From NCBI GenBank assembly GCA_050084515.1, contig CM114271.1, positions 47,244,001-47,308,000 on the forward strand: a stretch of DNA of 64,000 nt, given 5' to 3'. The position numbers and the translations under genes are program-made. This DNA is from Blasia pusilla (lineage: Eukaryota). Positions 39,713-52,019 of this stretch are shown here, one piece after another; the first letter of the stretch is position 1, and every line of letters begins with the position of its first letter. The notes beneath the pieces were generated by a model, which was not told where the DNA came from, did not search any database, and worked only from the letters and a program-made list of their open reading frames with translations.

Positions 39713-40246
39713 CATTCGTGCCGATCTCTACATGACATGAGGCAAGATGGTAGGCGCGGGAGGAGTGCGAGCCCAAGTGGTGGCCCAAGGGCGAATGCTA
39801 CAAGGAGGACGTGGAGAGAAGAAGACACATACAATCGACTACACGAGGGACACATCTTCATTGGCCATAGAGATGTATGGGGCTATGGGGAGAGGTTTCG
39901 TTCTTACGGACGCGCCCATCATCTCCACTCGAGAAATGGGTTGTCCTTAGCTACTGCGATTCTGTATTGTAGGCAGCGGGTCTCCATAGCGTTCAGCGTG
40001 CCCAGGCTAATGGGATTTTTGCGGGGCTCTCAGCTGTGGGAGACGCCGGCGCTAGAGGCCCACTTAGTAGTAGTCATAGCTCTCTTGTTGTTGCTGATAT
40101 TGTCTCTGCTGTTGGTTCGTTAGGGGGAATGCTCCCTTCTTCCTTTTCTGGTCGTGTTGTGGCCTTCAGGTTTTGACTCTTTGAGTCCCCCTCTTTTGTA
40201 CTTCCGATGGGTTTTCCATCACTCGTTTTTATCGAAGTGCATCTTT
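39713..40246 (+). mobile_element. 5'-truncated CRE-like element (endonuclease C-terminus plus 3' UTR)
   Basis: Close match to the reverse complement of 59242-59835, with small deletions; ends ATCGAAGTGCATCTTT. Confidence 0.92.
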
Positions 40247-43200
40247 CTTTCTTCATTGAATGACAAGATTGGCGTGAAGAACAGTGTTCGCGCTGTGGAC
40301 GTGGAGAGGAACGATCGATTCATTTGTGGATTTCTCTTGAGACCGTGGCGACAGAGAGGTTGTTGACATGTCGTCCACCGTGGTATCTCAGTATAATCAC
40401 AGTGCGTTTCGCGCACTGTCATTATACTGAGAGTGAAGAGCGCATGCCGTTAAGAGCGCCTATGGAAAGGAGCCCGTCCGCCATCTTGCAGACTACTTTG
40501 AATCACCAGAAAAAGGGAGAGTCACCCACTCGCATCAATGCACAAGGTCATTTGGACTCAGGTGGCCGAAACATTGTCGGTGAGGAATTTCAGTTGCGAT
40601 TTCCGCGGAGTGATCGAGAAGTTACCATCTCCGCACTTGGATGTGTGTGAGATGAGAGAGTTATGGACTCACATCACCGCACCATGTAGGCGATATCTTG
40701 TTCCTGTGTGATTTCAGTTGCGTCTCCCTTTGAGACCATGGACAGACTGAGAGGTTAACTTTTTCAGACTTGGATTTGTGTCCATGTGTGTGTGGACTGA
40801 ATCACGACATGTTTCTGGCACAAGGGAGTGTCGATCGTAACGATGCTCGCTGGTGCTGAGCATGTGTGTTCAGGGAGAAGTGGAACGCAACGGTGTACGC
40901 ACCCAGAGTAGGTGGGAAATCCATCGTCGTCAGTAAAGCAAGCACTCGAATCGGCTCGCAGCATGCTGCAGAGGTTGCGACTCCGCAAACCACCATATAC
41001 CGACAACCGGCGAAGGCGACGAGCACAGGAGCGATCCGCATCACATCGGCGGTCCGGGCTCGTTCTTCGGCCATGGGAAGTTTCGAACCTCGATTTTAGG
41101 GTATTCGAAATGCCGAATGACTTTCAGCGACCGACGAGCACCGGCGAAGGAATCATCGAAATGTCAAAGCACTCAGCGACGCGTACGGGGGACGCTCGCT
41201 CAGGGTCGTGCGCTTCCCCGGGACCACAGCGAGCGAAAAGACGCACACAGACCGACGTACGTGGAACTATTCCCCGTGTCCTCCTTCCCAGCTACCAGCT
41301 CCAGAGTAGTAGAGAGAGCCGCCCTTCGCGAGCAACCTTCGTCCCTCTCACGAGAACGGTCAGTTCGATCCGACCACCCAACCACCGATCCTATCCGGAA
41401 ACTCGAGCTCCGTGGACCCAAGACGACGAAAGAAAGTCGAGGATAAGATTGTAAAAGTGAGTTGTATTGTTTGCCGCGGCTCTACATGAAACGCGCCCGT
41501 TTCGTCTCTGGTCGCCCATCCACGGATTTCGGGCAGGTTGCATGCGCTGAGAACCCGGAGGATAGCTCCCGCCCGTCAGTTTTATTGGCCGCCAATGACC
41601 GCCGGGTCACGTGAATCTTCGTCGACGCGTCCTCCGCACTTCGCGCGCTCGCGCTCGCGCTCGATCCACTCGGATCAGAGCCCTGGGGCGCTCACGTGTC
41701 GCGCAAGGACCCCTGAGTCCAGCGATGACTCCCCCCTATACTTCGCGACTGTTGGCGTAAAAGTCTAGTCCTTCCCTCATCCAAGAAACCGCGTCCGGGC
41801 TGCGGTGCCGATCGCCCCTCGTAGAAACGCGCTTTCGTTCACACTAAAACGCGGACTTCTGGCATTTGCCACGCCCTCGTCACAATTACGACGGCTCTTC
41901 GGGCGACGCCGCGTCAGATCCTCATCCGAAATCCTGTTGCAGAGCTCCAGTCCATGCGTTTGCCGCTTTTAGCCCCGTCGTAGAAACGAGCAAACAAAGA
42001 ACCACCATTCGTCGGTCGAGCGGGGGGAATCGAAAACGATCCGAAGTTGTACCCTCTTTTATGTTCTTTAGCCCACAGTGTCGCTTACGCGAGCTGAGTC
42101 TCGTCACGGCCGTACGTTGCGCTTGCGGTTTGGGACAAACAGTAGCCTGTCGGCAAGTTCAGTGCGCTACGAACTTTCCCTCTACCCGTGCATATTCAAT
42201 GGAAAAAGTTGGTGTTTGGGTACCTTTTCGTTGCCTCCTTTCAAAATAAGTTACTTATCATGCTCGTTGAAACCAGGGTCTGGATGCTTTTTCTTAACCC
42301 GTACGTTTCTGATCCGTACACGACCAAATGGTAATTTTCGCAGTTTTCCTCGTTCCCTTTCCCTATTTTGATACGAATACGAAAGAGAACTTGCCTTAAC
42401 CGTCGGTTTTGGCCGGTAAATGAATCAACACGCAACCCCGGTTGTCCCCGGACATTGCAACGCCCAGGGACTTTTTTCACTGAATTGGATCGGTACATTT
42501 GCCACGGACGGTAAAATCGGATTTTGGATCAGATACCTCATTTAAAAAAAATCCTTCGTTTCCTACCAGTTTTAATCCAACCAATTTTAAATTAAACAAT
42601 ATTTCGGACTTTAACTTATTAGGATTACTCCTAACCTCGGATCTATCATTGATCTTACCCAAGTTGAAGCTTGGGTAAAATAAATCAGATTTGATTAACC
42701 AAAGACTAGTAAAGGATACTTGTGCACTATATGCTGTTATTTGTTAGTGTAAATCAAGTAATGAAAACAAATCATTAAAAATGTGATGAAAAGAAACCTA
42801 GAGATTCATCTTTTATTCTTTCATTTTAATCTTTAATTTTAGATATGTAGTATTGTAGCTATTATTGCAATACCATACCATGTATAATACTTATTTCTAA
42901 TATAAATATTTGTATGTTGAGATTACCACTACCCAATAAAGTGTAATTTCTCATTTTTAGATGGATAATCAACATGTACTTATTGATTTGCATCATAAAG
43001 TCAAATAATTCCTTTTTAGGATGAAAGAATTGGATTCACATTTCTAACCCAAAAAAAATGAATCATAATTTTTGGACATAAATGGTTTATGGAGTATAGC
43101 GTCAACATTGTAAGGATAACCACACCACACATAGATTTGACATTCATTCATGTACAAAGAAACCTCGTGTGCCAAGTCAAGGGAGAGGAGCAAGGAGTAA

Positions 43201-44219
43201 GTGAGTAGTAAAGATGGGCGAGACGCCACCAGACTAGTCACAAAACGTAAAGGGCGGCAAGAAAACCGTGGAGCAGAGGCTTCCTAGGGAGACGATATGC
43301 ATAGGGGAAACTTGATCCAATTAGCGCTTGGTAGCTTATCGACTACCTACAAAACGCAAATGGGTAGAGTCTTTTGGACTCAATTTAAGTCTTTCACTTT
43401 CAAATTGTAAGGTTGAGAGTGCTTTGGGACAAATCTCGGTGAAGTAGAGGTCAAAATCTACAATGCAAAGCTATAGGAGAGTGTTCATTGTAATCATTGA
43501 TGTATGAGGAGAGAAAAGAGGGAAGAGGAGGCACAATTTTGGCTTGGGGAAGCGGTTTGAGTTGAAGTTTAGAAGGTTAAAGATTCTCATAGGAGTCGTG
43601 AAGGTGAGTATATATTTTTTGCAATTTTAATTAAAGGTCTTCTCAATCGATCCAAAAATATGGATTTTAAATAATCAAATTAACACCAAATTTTGGTTTT
43701 GACCATCTTGTCAAGCTTGTCCAGATCTTTCGAATGCATCCAAATCATGCGATTCTCACATTCTCAACTTTCATTGGTATAATTTTATTTTATTTATGCA
43801 ATTATTGAAGAAACGTTATGTAGCTTCTTCTTTAAAGGATAATTTCAACCAATTTCTTTATACATGTGATTTATTTAATTCAATTTTAGGTCAATCTCTT
43901 AACAAGACTCGTTTATCCTTGAATCAAAGCAATGAGGAGCCTAAAATTAAAATTTATGAGTGAGATCATCATTGATGGAGAATTCCTCGGTAATGTATAA
44001 TTATTAGCATGAATTTCCATACCTTGGATTAGAATGCCTTACAGTGTCGCATGAAGCAATTTCCCATAGGGAAAAAACTACGCCAGCTCGTTACATGTAA
44101 TAAAGGCCTATCTAGAAGGTGATTTAATATACTTGAATGTGTACGACTAAAACAAATGTGTTTTGCAAGTAATTAATCGAGTACATCTCAATAGTGATTA
44201 ATTATCAATGATTGATCAT

Positions 44220-44920
44220 ATTTTAGATGTTAATATCGTAGAGGTGGTTTGAGATATATTGGAGACATTATTCCATACATCTATAAAGGCCATAAAGCTT
44301 CAATTAAACCAAGCATTGAACAAAGTGGATAAATTATCACAAAGCATCAATGATTATGCTTTGAGTATCAAACTATAATCATTAAATTAGTTGAAAAGTA
44401 TTGGAGTGACTATAGACGATGATGGTTTGATTATATTTGCTCTTCAACACTTCTAGAATATTACAAGTCTTTTGAGACCTCTATTAGTGTGAGAGAGAAG
44501 TACCCAAACTTTTAAAAATTAGTCTTATTGTTAACTCAATTTTTTGGAGCTTGAAAAAATCTCATAAAAGTGCTCACAAGGGATGATAAATAACATCATA
44601 TCACGCATATGGATAAAGTTCCAATAGCACTAATCGGTCTTTATGCTCTTGAAAATTTTCTCTATGTTTCTACTATTACAAGAAATATGATTTATATAGG
44701 ATAAATAGTAAAAGAGGATTAAAAGGTGATTTACGCAAGTGATTGTTTCATTGAAATAATGGATGACAAGACTATAATAATCAAAGGAACTAGATCTTGT
44801 AAAACGATCGAATTAGATATTTGTATGTTACAGATTCAAATATTAGTGTATGGTCAAACTATTTAACTAATCACACATCTTAGTGTGTGGCATAATTGAG
44901 TTGGGCATATGAACTTGCAT
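44220..44920 (+). mobile_element. Ty1/Copia relic
   Basis: UBN2 gag-like ESIGVTIDDD...YKSFETSISVREKYP; LENFLYVSTITRNMI (NVLYVP..NLIS-like); GAG-pre-integrase VWHN*VGHMN. Confidence 0.65.
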
Positions 44921-45039
44921 ATTTGGTAATTGTACTTCCTTAATTATCCAACCCTACTATATTAGAGGTATGGCTTGCTTATTAATTTTGAAAACATGTT
45001 AGATTTCCATTTCCAAAGCAAGCCTGAAGAACATCCAAG

Positions 45040-45117
45040 ATATTAGAGTTTGACAAATCGTTCAAGGGGCATACTGATGTTAGTGATTATGCAATTGCAG
45101 GAATGTTGGTGCAAGAA
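45040..45117 (+). pseudogene. Gypsy RNase H fragment directly before the LTR
   Basis: LEFDKSFKGHTDVSDYAIAGMLVQE resembles LPKFEQPFEVHTDASDFAIAGMLVQK at ~48925-49005. Confidence 0.8.
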
Positions 45118-48100
45118 TGTCGCGACCCTCATAACCAAACAACACCAAATACGCGCCAAGCGAAACATCAGAACTAAAAGGAACTCACGCCGCGAGGTTT
45201 GCGCTTTGGAGAGGCGTTTGGAAGAGTCTCTTGGAAAAGTCTAAGAGACGAAACGCGGAACAGAGTTGTGCGTTTCATGCGTTAGTGGTCGAGACCAGGA
45301 AACCTAGACCAAACGCGAGCCGAGACTTGAGTTGAGTCTTGGGAGGTTGGTTGCCAAAGAGGTGAGAACCTGTTTGGAACACGACTAGCGTTTGGGAGAA
45401 TCTGACTGTGTTTAGGACCATAACGTTGAGCTCCGATATGCGTTCGGGACAAGTAAGTGCGCGTTGGAAAGCTGATCTCAAGACACTTCCAACGCACCAA
45501 AAATCTCAGCAAACAAATAAGTACAGGCTGAGATATTGGCCGAAAATGATTCAGAGAGCAATTGGGTTGAGGACCAATTGGAGAGGCCCGGGTGTCTTTC
45601 CCTAAATGTAGGGGGCCCCCGGAGATCCCCAGAAGTACTAGTAAGGGGAGTACCTTCTCTGAGATGTCTCGGGAAACAAAACCCCACTTTGGGCGCCAAA
45701 CGGCGTTTGAGGCACGGATGGAACGGGAGTTTGCGCGGAAACCCAAACCCAAACCTGATCCAAGGGAGTGGACTTTATGCACGCCACACTTGGATTCCAA
45801 CCGAGATTCACGCCGTGCGAGTCTTGGTGAGGAACTCATTGGATGTTCATCGGACAGTTGGAACCGCTAAGCGCGAAACGCCGTTTCAGTTTCGAACCGA
45901 CGAAAGTCATCCCAAGTCTTTCGAGACTTGCCCGTGTTGGAAACCGCGAAACTAGGAAGGTTGAGCTTGAAGAGAGTCCAAGACGAGAAATCGGAAAGTA
46001 ATCCCGCTGATTGATCCAAGACCCGACTAACCGAAGTGCGTGTTTGGATGCAGATCAACGTTGAGAGCGTGACTCATCAACGCGACGCTTCCGCAACAAA
46101 CAAGATTAACGTTCAAGGAGAGTAGGCGCACGACACGTGGTATCAGAGCAATTCCTTAATGAGCGTGAACTTGGGGTCGTTGAAGATCTGGACGTTTGGG
46201 GAGAGCTCAAGGTAGCCGGAAGACCGCGATGCCGAGGAGGAACGCAAGAGGCGAGGAGGAGATCTGAGGAAAGGCGACGACTCGCAAATGGCGACCAAGG
46301 GCGAAGAACTGAAGAAACCGCGAGTCAAAGCAAAGAAGCCAAGAGACGAATCAATGACGGACCGAGAGCCGGAGGTGGAATTTGCGACTCCCGAAGTGCC
46401 GAGTCCCAGACATGAGGATGTTCTAACCGAAAATCTTTCCGCGGGACCTTCGGGTCCAAACTTAAACGATCCGGCCTTTTATATCCAAATGATGGGATTG
46501 ATGAAGGTGATGGCCGACCAGATGGCCGAACAGAGCAAGGTGATCTCGGAATTCAAGTCAAATGGAGCCTCTAGTTCTGGCAAGAAGCTTTGTAAGACTA
46601 ATTTGCCAACGCCATTCACATGAATGGGGCGTTCTCGGAAAGTGAGCGAGTTTCTAACGGAACTCGAACTCTATTTCGAGGCGCAAAAGCGAATGAACAA
46701 GACAAGATGATTATGAGCGGTCACGTTTCGAAGGATCACGCTCTCCATTGGTGGACGGCTCACCGCAAAGAACATCTAGGTCGTGGGAAAACGTTGAGTT
46801 GGGAAGATTTCAAGGAGTTGATTGGGAACCGATTCACTCCGGAATATCAGGAGTACCGCGATGGCATGGAGGTGGTGAGGTTGCGCCAGAGTGGATCACT
46901 TGGCGCTTATGTGCGAGAGTTAAGTACGCTCATGAGTGCACTTTCCACGGATGAACATACTAAAAAGGTGATCTTCCTAAGTGGGCTCAAACCGAGTGCC
47001 GAGAAGGCTCTCTTTCGTATGCCTCACATCCCAGAGACGTGCGCGGACCTTTTGAGACTAGCCGAGCGGATTGGGGACGATGAAGTCCAACACCCGAAAC
47101 CCTTTGAGACAAAAAGTTTTTCTAAGTTACAGAAGAACAAAGGGACATCCAAGAGGGTTTGGAATGGGGGTGAGCGCGACCATGGAGGGTCTCTTGCCCC
47201 AGCGGCGAAACGAGTGAAACTCAACGCGAAGCCAAAGGGGCCGCCGTTTACGAAGTCAACGAATGCCAAAGTGATTTGCTACAATTGTGGCGAACCCGGG
47301 CATATGGCTAAGGAATGTCTTAGGCCCAAGGTTAGTAAACCGAGTATGATTGCGTTTGCCGCTAAGCATTTATCGGAGGGAGATCTAGATACATCTCTAC
47401 AAGTCACCAAGAGAACGCCCAATTTAGTTTACCTAGGATCCATGATCGCTAATCGCGATGTGATGTTGCTCGTTGATACAGGTGCTTCGCACTCATTCTT
47501 GAGTCCGAGAATCGTAGAAACGTTGGGATTGCCAACCACCAAGGCGGATGAACCCATTAGGGTAGGATTCGCGGGAGGCAAGTCCCACCTGACATCAGAT
47601 ATGGTTTTAGGGCTAGTTGTGAGATGCAGAGTATTTGAGTTGAAGGAGAATTTTACAGTCTGCGAGATGGACGGAATCGACGGAGTCTTGGGGAACACGT
47701 TTTTGGATGCGTATGAGGTGGAACTGAGGCGAAGACCTTTGAGGTTGAGCATCTTGGTTAACGGCAAACGGACGGACGTCAGATTGGTTCGTGAGGTGCC
47801 TAGAAAGACGGAGTTGGTGAACGCCATCACGAGGACGAGTTTGGCCGAGTTAGAGGAAGGATTCCTTTGCTTGATGAGACGAGTAGAGGATGATGCAAGC
47901 GCGAGATGCAGAGATCAGAACTCAGCTTCAAAGGGGATCCCTGAAACACTCAAGAGAGTTGTGAAAGAATTTGAAGATGTCTTGACTAAGGAGCTTCCGA
48001 CTGAGTTGCCACCACACAGGGCAGTTGATCATAAGATTGAGGTGATACTAGGATCTCAACCACCTTCAAAGGCACCATATAGGTTGAATCAAGAGGAACT

Positions 48101-50793
48101 TGCTGAGTTGAAGAAACAGTTGGGTGAACTCCTAGAGAGGGGTTACATCCGAACAAGCAAGTCACCGTATGGGGAGCCCCTCCTCTTTGTAAAGAAGAAG
48201 GATGGGAAGTTGAGACTCTGTGTTGATTATCGGGCGCTGAATAAAGTGACGGTAAGGAATAACTATCCTCTACCAAGGATGGATGACCTCTTTGATCGAT
48301 TGTCGGGTGCCAAGTATTTCAGCCGGATTGACCTGAAATCATGATATTATCAGATTCGGATTGCCGAAGCGGATGTAGAGAAGACTGCCTGTAGGACGAG
48401 ATACGGTTCGTTCGAGTTTGTAGTAATGCCTTTCGGTCTTTGTAATGCGCCTCCGACGTTCACCACTTTGATGAACTCCATCTTTCACAAGGAGACAGAT
48501 GAGTTTGTGATCATCTATATAGATGACATACTCATCTATTCGAAAACACTAGAGGAGCACGCTCGACATTTGAAGACGGTGTTTGAGAAACTTAGGGCGA
48601 ACAAGCTGTATGCGAATGCGGATAAGAGTGAGTTCGGTTTGACGAAGATCAAGTTCTTGGGGCATGTGGTTAGTGCGGATGGAGTGAGTCCAGACATGGA
48701 AAAGGTAAGCGCGATTGCCGAATGGGAACCGCCTTCCACGGTGAAGGGGATGAGAAGGTTCATCGGAGCTGTCCAGTTTTACCGGACATACATGAAGAAC
48801 TTTTCGGGCATAGTGAAACCTCTCACGGATTGGACCGCAAAGTTTGCCAATACTACATGGACTGAGGAAGTGGATAAAGCATTTAATCGAGTCAAAGAGA
48901 TCCTCTCGCAGGAACAAGTTTTGAAGCTGCCGAAGTTTGAACAACCGTTCGAGGTGCACACAGATGCTAGTGATTTCGCGATTGCAGGAATGTTAGTGCA
49001 AAAAGGGAGACCTCTAGCATATGAAAGCAAGAAGCTTAGCGACACCGAAAGGAGATGGCCTACTCATGAGAAAGAGTTGTTTGCGGTGGTTCATTGCTTG
49101 AGGAAGTGGCGTCACTATTTGGGACTTCACAGGACTCGAGTATTCACCGATAACATATCGCTCAAGTATTTTGAGACCTAGGATCGCGTGACGCCAAAAC
49201 AACTTCGGTGGCATGATACCTTGGCGTTGATGAATGTGGAGCTAATCCACAAGCCGGGGAAAGACAATGTCATTCGGATCGTTAAGTCGCAGGGATGAAC
49301 ACATGCCATCGACGACACAAGTGTTGAGAGCAATGTTCCCTAATGAAATAGACGTGGAAAGAAGGATTCGTGAAGGATACATGAAGGATGAGCAAGCGAG
49401 GGAGTACCTTGGGAAGTTAAAGCGGGGCGAGAAGGTGGCCAATCTGAGTTTGAGACACGGCTTGCTAAGGTTTAAGCAGAGTAGGATCTATGTAGGCCAA
49501 GGCAAGCTACGGACCAAAGTGTTTGTGGAATGTCATGATGGACCTTTGGTGGGACACAAAGGGGAGAAATTCACTCTTACTGTTTTGTCTAAGAGGTTCT
49601 TCTGGCCTAACATGAAGGAAGATGTTGCTCAATATGTGAAAACATGCGTGACCTGCCACGCGAACCGCGTATCTTATGCGAAGAAACAAGGCTTACTTCA
49701 TCCTTTGCCAATCCTGGAGGGACCCTTGCAAAGCATTAGCATGGATTTCATTACGAGTCTTCCAGATACTGAGGGATACAACGCTATACTTGTGAAAGTT
49801 GATCGGTTTAGCAAGTTGGGGAGGTTTGTGCCGACGAGAGAGTCTACGACGGCCTACACGACTTCCCGACTATTCCTAGATGGTTGGTGGCGTGCGCACG
49901 GATTGCCTAGGAGCATTGTGTCCGATCGGGATCCGAAGTTTACCAGTGCCTTTTGGAAACATCTATTCAGGAGGTTCCGGACCAAACTCAGCTTTAGTAC
50001 GGCCTTCCATCCTCAAACGGATGGGCAAACGGAAAAAGTAAACTCGGTCGTAAACCAATACTTACGGAATTACGTGAGTGCGGACCAAAGAGATTGGGCC
50101 AAGTGGTTAAGTATGGCTGAGTATTGTTACAACTCGACTAAGCATTCTGCAACCGGAGAATCTCTGTTTCTTCTGGCGTATCAAAGAGAACCAGAAGGGC
50201 CTCTTGACTTAGCTCTTTCGAAGGGCAATACATCGACACACACTCATCAAGCAACGGCGGAATGTTTGTTAGTGGAAATGCAGGAACGACAAGAGCGAGC
50301 GAGAGAAAGTCTCGCCAAGGCTCAACTAAGGTACGTAAAGCATGCTAACAAAAGTCGGCGCCAAGTGAGTTTCCAAGTTGGGGAACAAGTGTGGTTGAGT
50401 GTTAAGAATCTCACTCTTCCGAAGGAATTGTCCGAAAATTGTCACCAAGTATCTTTGGACCGTATGTGATCAAGGCAAAGCGGTTTGAGGATGTATACAC
50501 GTTGGAGCTGCCAAACGAGTTCAAGATTCACCCGACTTTCCATGTGTCATTATTGAAGAAGAAGTCTGTTCCAAGTCTAGAATGATCTATCCGTGTAGGG
50601 AAGTTAGGAGTCAAGATCTATTGAGTTTGATGAATGGCGGAGTTGAAAACTCGAGGAGATGAAAGGCTGGTTAACTCAAACCAAGACTAATATGAGTGTG
50701 TTTGGGTGTAGATCAACAAAGTGATCATGACCTACTAAATGTTTGCTTTTGCAACATCTAAGATTGACGTTTGAGAGGAGTAGGCGTACGACA
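45118..50793 (+). mobile_element. Ty3/Gypsy (chromovirus-like) LTR retrotransposon, 3' end rearranged
   Basis: 5' LTR TGTCGCGACC...GGCGCACGACA at 45118-46135; PBS TGGTATCAGAGC at 46138-46149 (tRNA-iMet); gag-pol; only a short, diverged LTR tail ending GGCGTACGACA at 50793. Confidence 0.92.
46288..50560 (+). pseudogene. Gypsy gag-pol (gag-ZnK-PR-RT-RH-IN)
   Basis: [72 protein letters not shown]. Stops at 48342 and 49179; frameshifts near 46620, 49270 and 50440. Confidence 0.95.
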
Positions 50794-51651
50794 CAAACTA
50801 TTATTCTAGCACTTTTTGGCATATTTGAAAAAAATTGTTGATACATTTCTCTAGATCTTAGGTGTTTTTAATAAAAAAACTCACAAGATTTCCAACGCCG
50901 TCTTATCCATCCCAAACGCATCTTACGTCTATATGCTATGACTTCAAACCCATGAACACTCAACAATATACATTCTTAGCTAGGTTGTTATTTCCTTTGA
51001 GCCCAACTCTTATGGGACTCAACTTCTTCTCAAGTTCCGATCCACTCTAAATTTTTCATGCTCTCCTAAACCATATGCATCATCATTGAAGATGCCTATT
51101 AAGGCTCACATCTCGTTTTAGCAACCCACGTTTGGCTCATGAGATTCCAACTTGGTTCCATCCTAATGTGAACTCACTAGATCTAGAGCTTTGATCTTCT
51201 ACATTAATGTGCATTTGGTTGTAAGGGCCATGATAGATGTACTCGAGAGACTCAATTATATATCATATCAATTGATTTTTTCATTTGATCCCCATTATAA
51301 AGGCAGGAGCACCGTTTGTCGGGGCGAACAAAAAGAAACTCATATGAGACAAGGCCGTTTGGGTTGAATAGAAAGCTACGTACTAGAGTAGCTTTAGCTT
51401 TAGAGTAGCACGAGGGAAAATTTTATAGTATGTAGCTTACACGACATAGATATGATTTAATCACTTAGGTTTTTGCATACATATGCTATAGTGAGTAGAT
51501 CAATCAAAGATATATTAGAGATTTCTCTTGGTAATGGAAATCCCACGAGGATAGTTGAGATTCAAAATGAAAATTTCCATCCTCAAATTTTAAGGGTTAA
51601 TCAAGTAAGACACGTGGTTGGCGCTTAACTTAACTACCCGTTAAAATATTT

Positions 51652-51701
<50 letters not shown>

Positions 51702-52019
51702 GAAAATAGAATTATACTTGTGATCTCCAAATTAATATGAAAATCAAACAGACTAAGAGTACACAATGTAGGATTAACTAAAGAATGTTCACGCTTCATT
51801 ACCTTACTTCCATTATCCAATCTATAAGATAAGAAGTAAGAATTCATGAGTGGAATATTTCTATGATAAATTGAGAAGAATGAAAATTAATACCAGTTAT
51901 TAAAATAATTTGACATAAATGAAGTAAAGTCATTAATTTAGTAAGATATAGTAAACCTTTGAAAGATTGGATAATCATCTACAACCTACAAACTTGTGTT
52001 TGATTAGTTATCCATCAAG

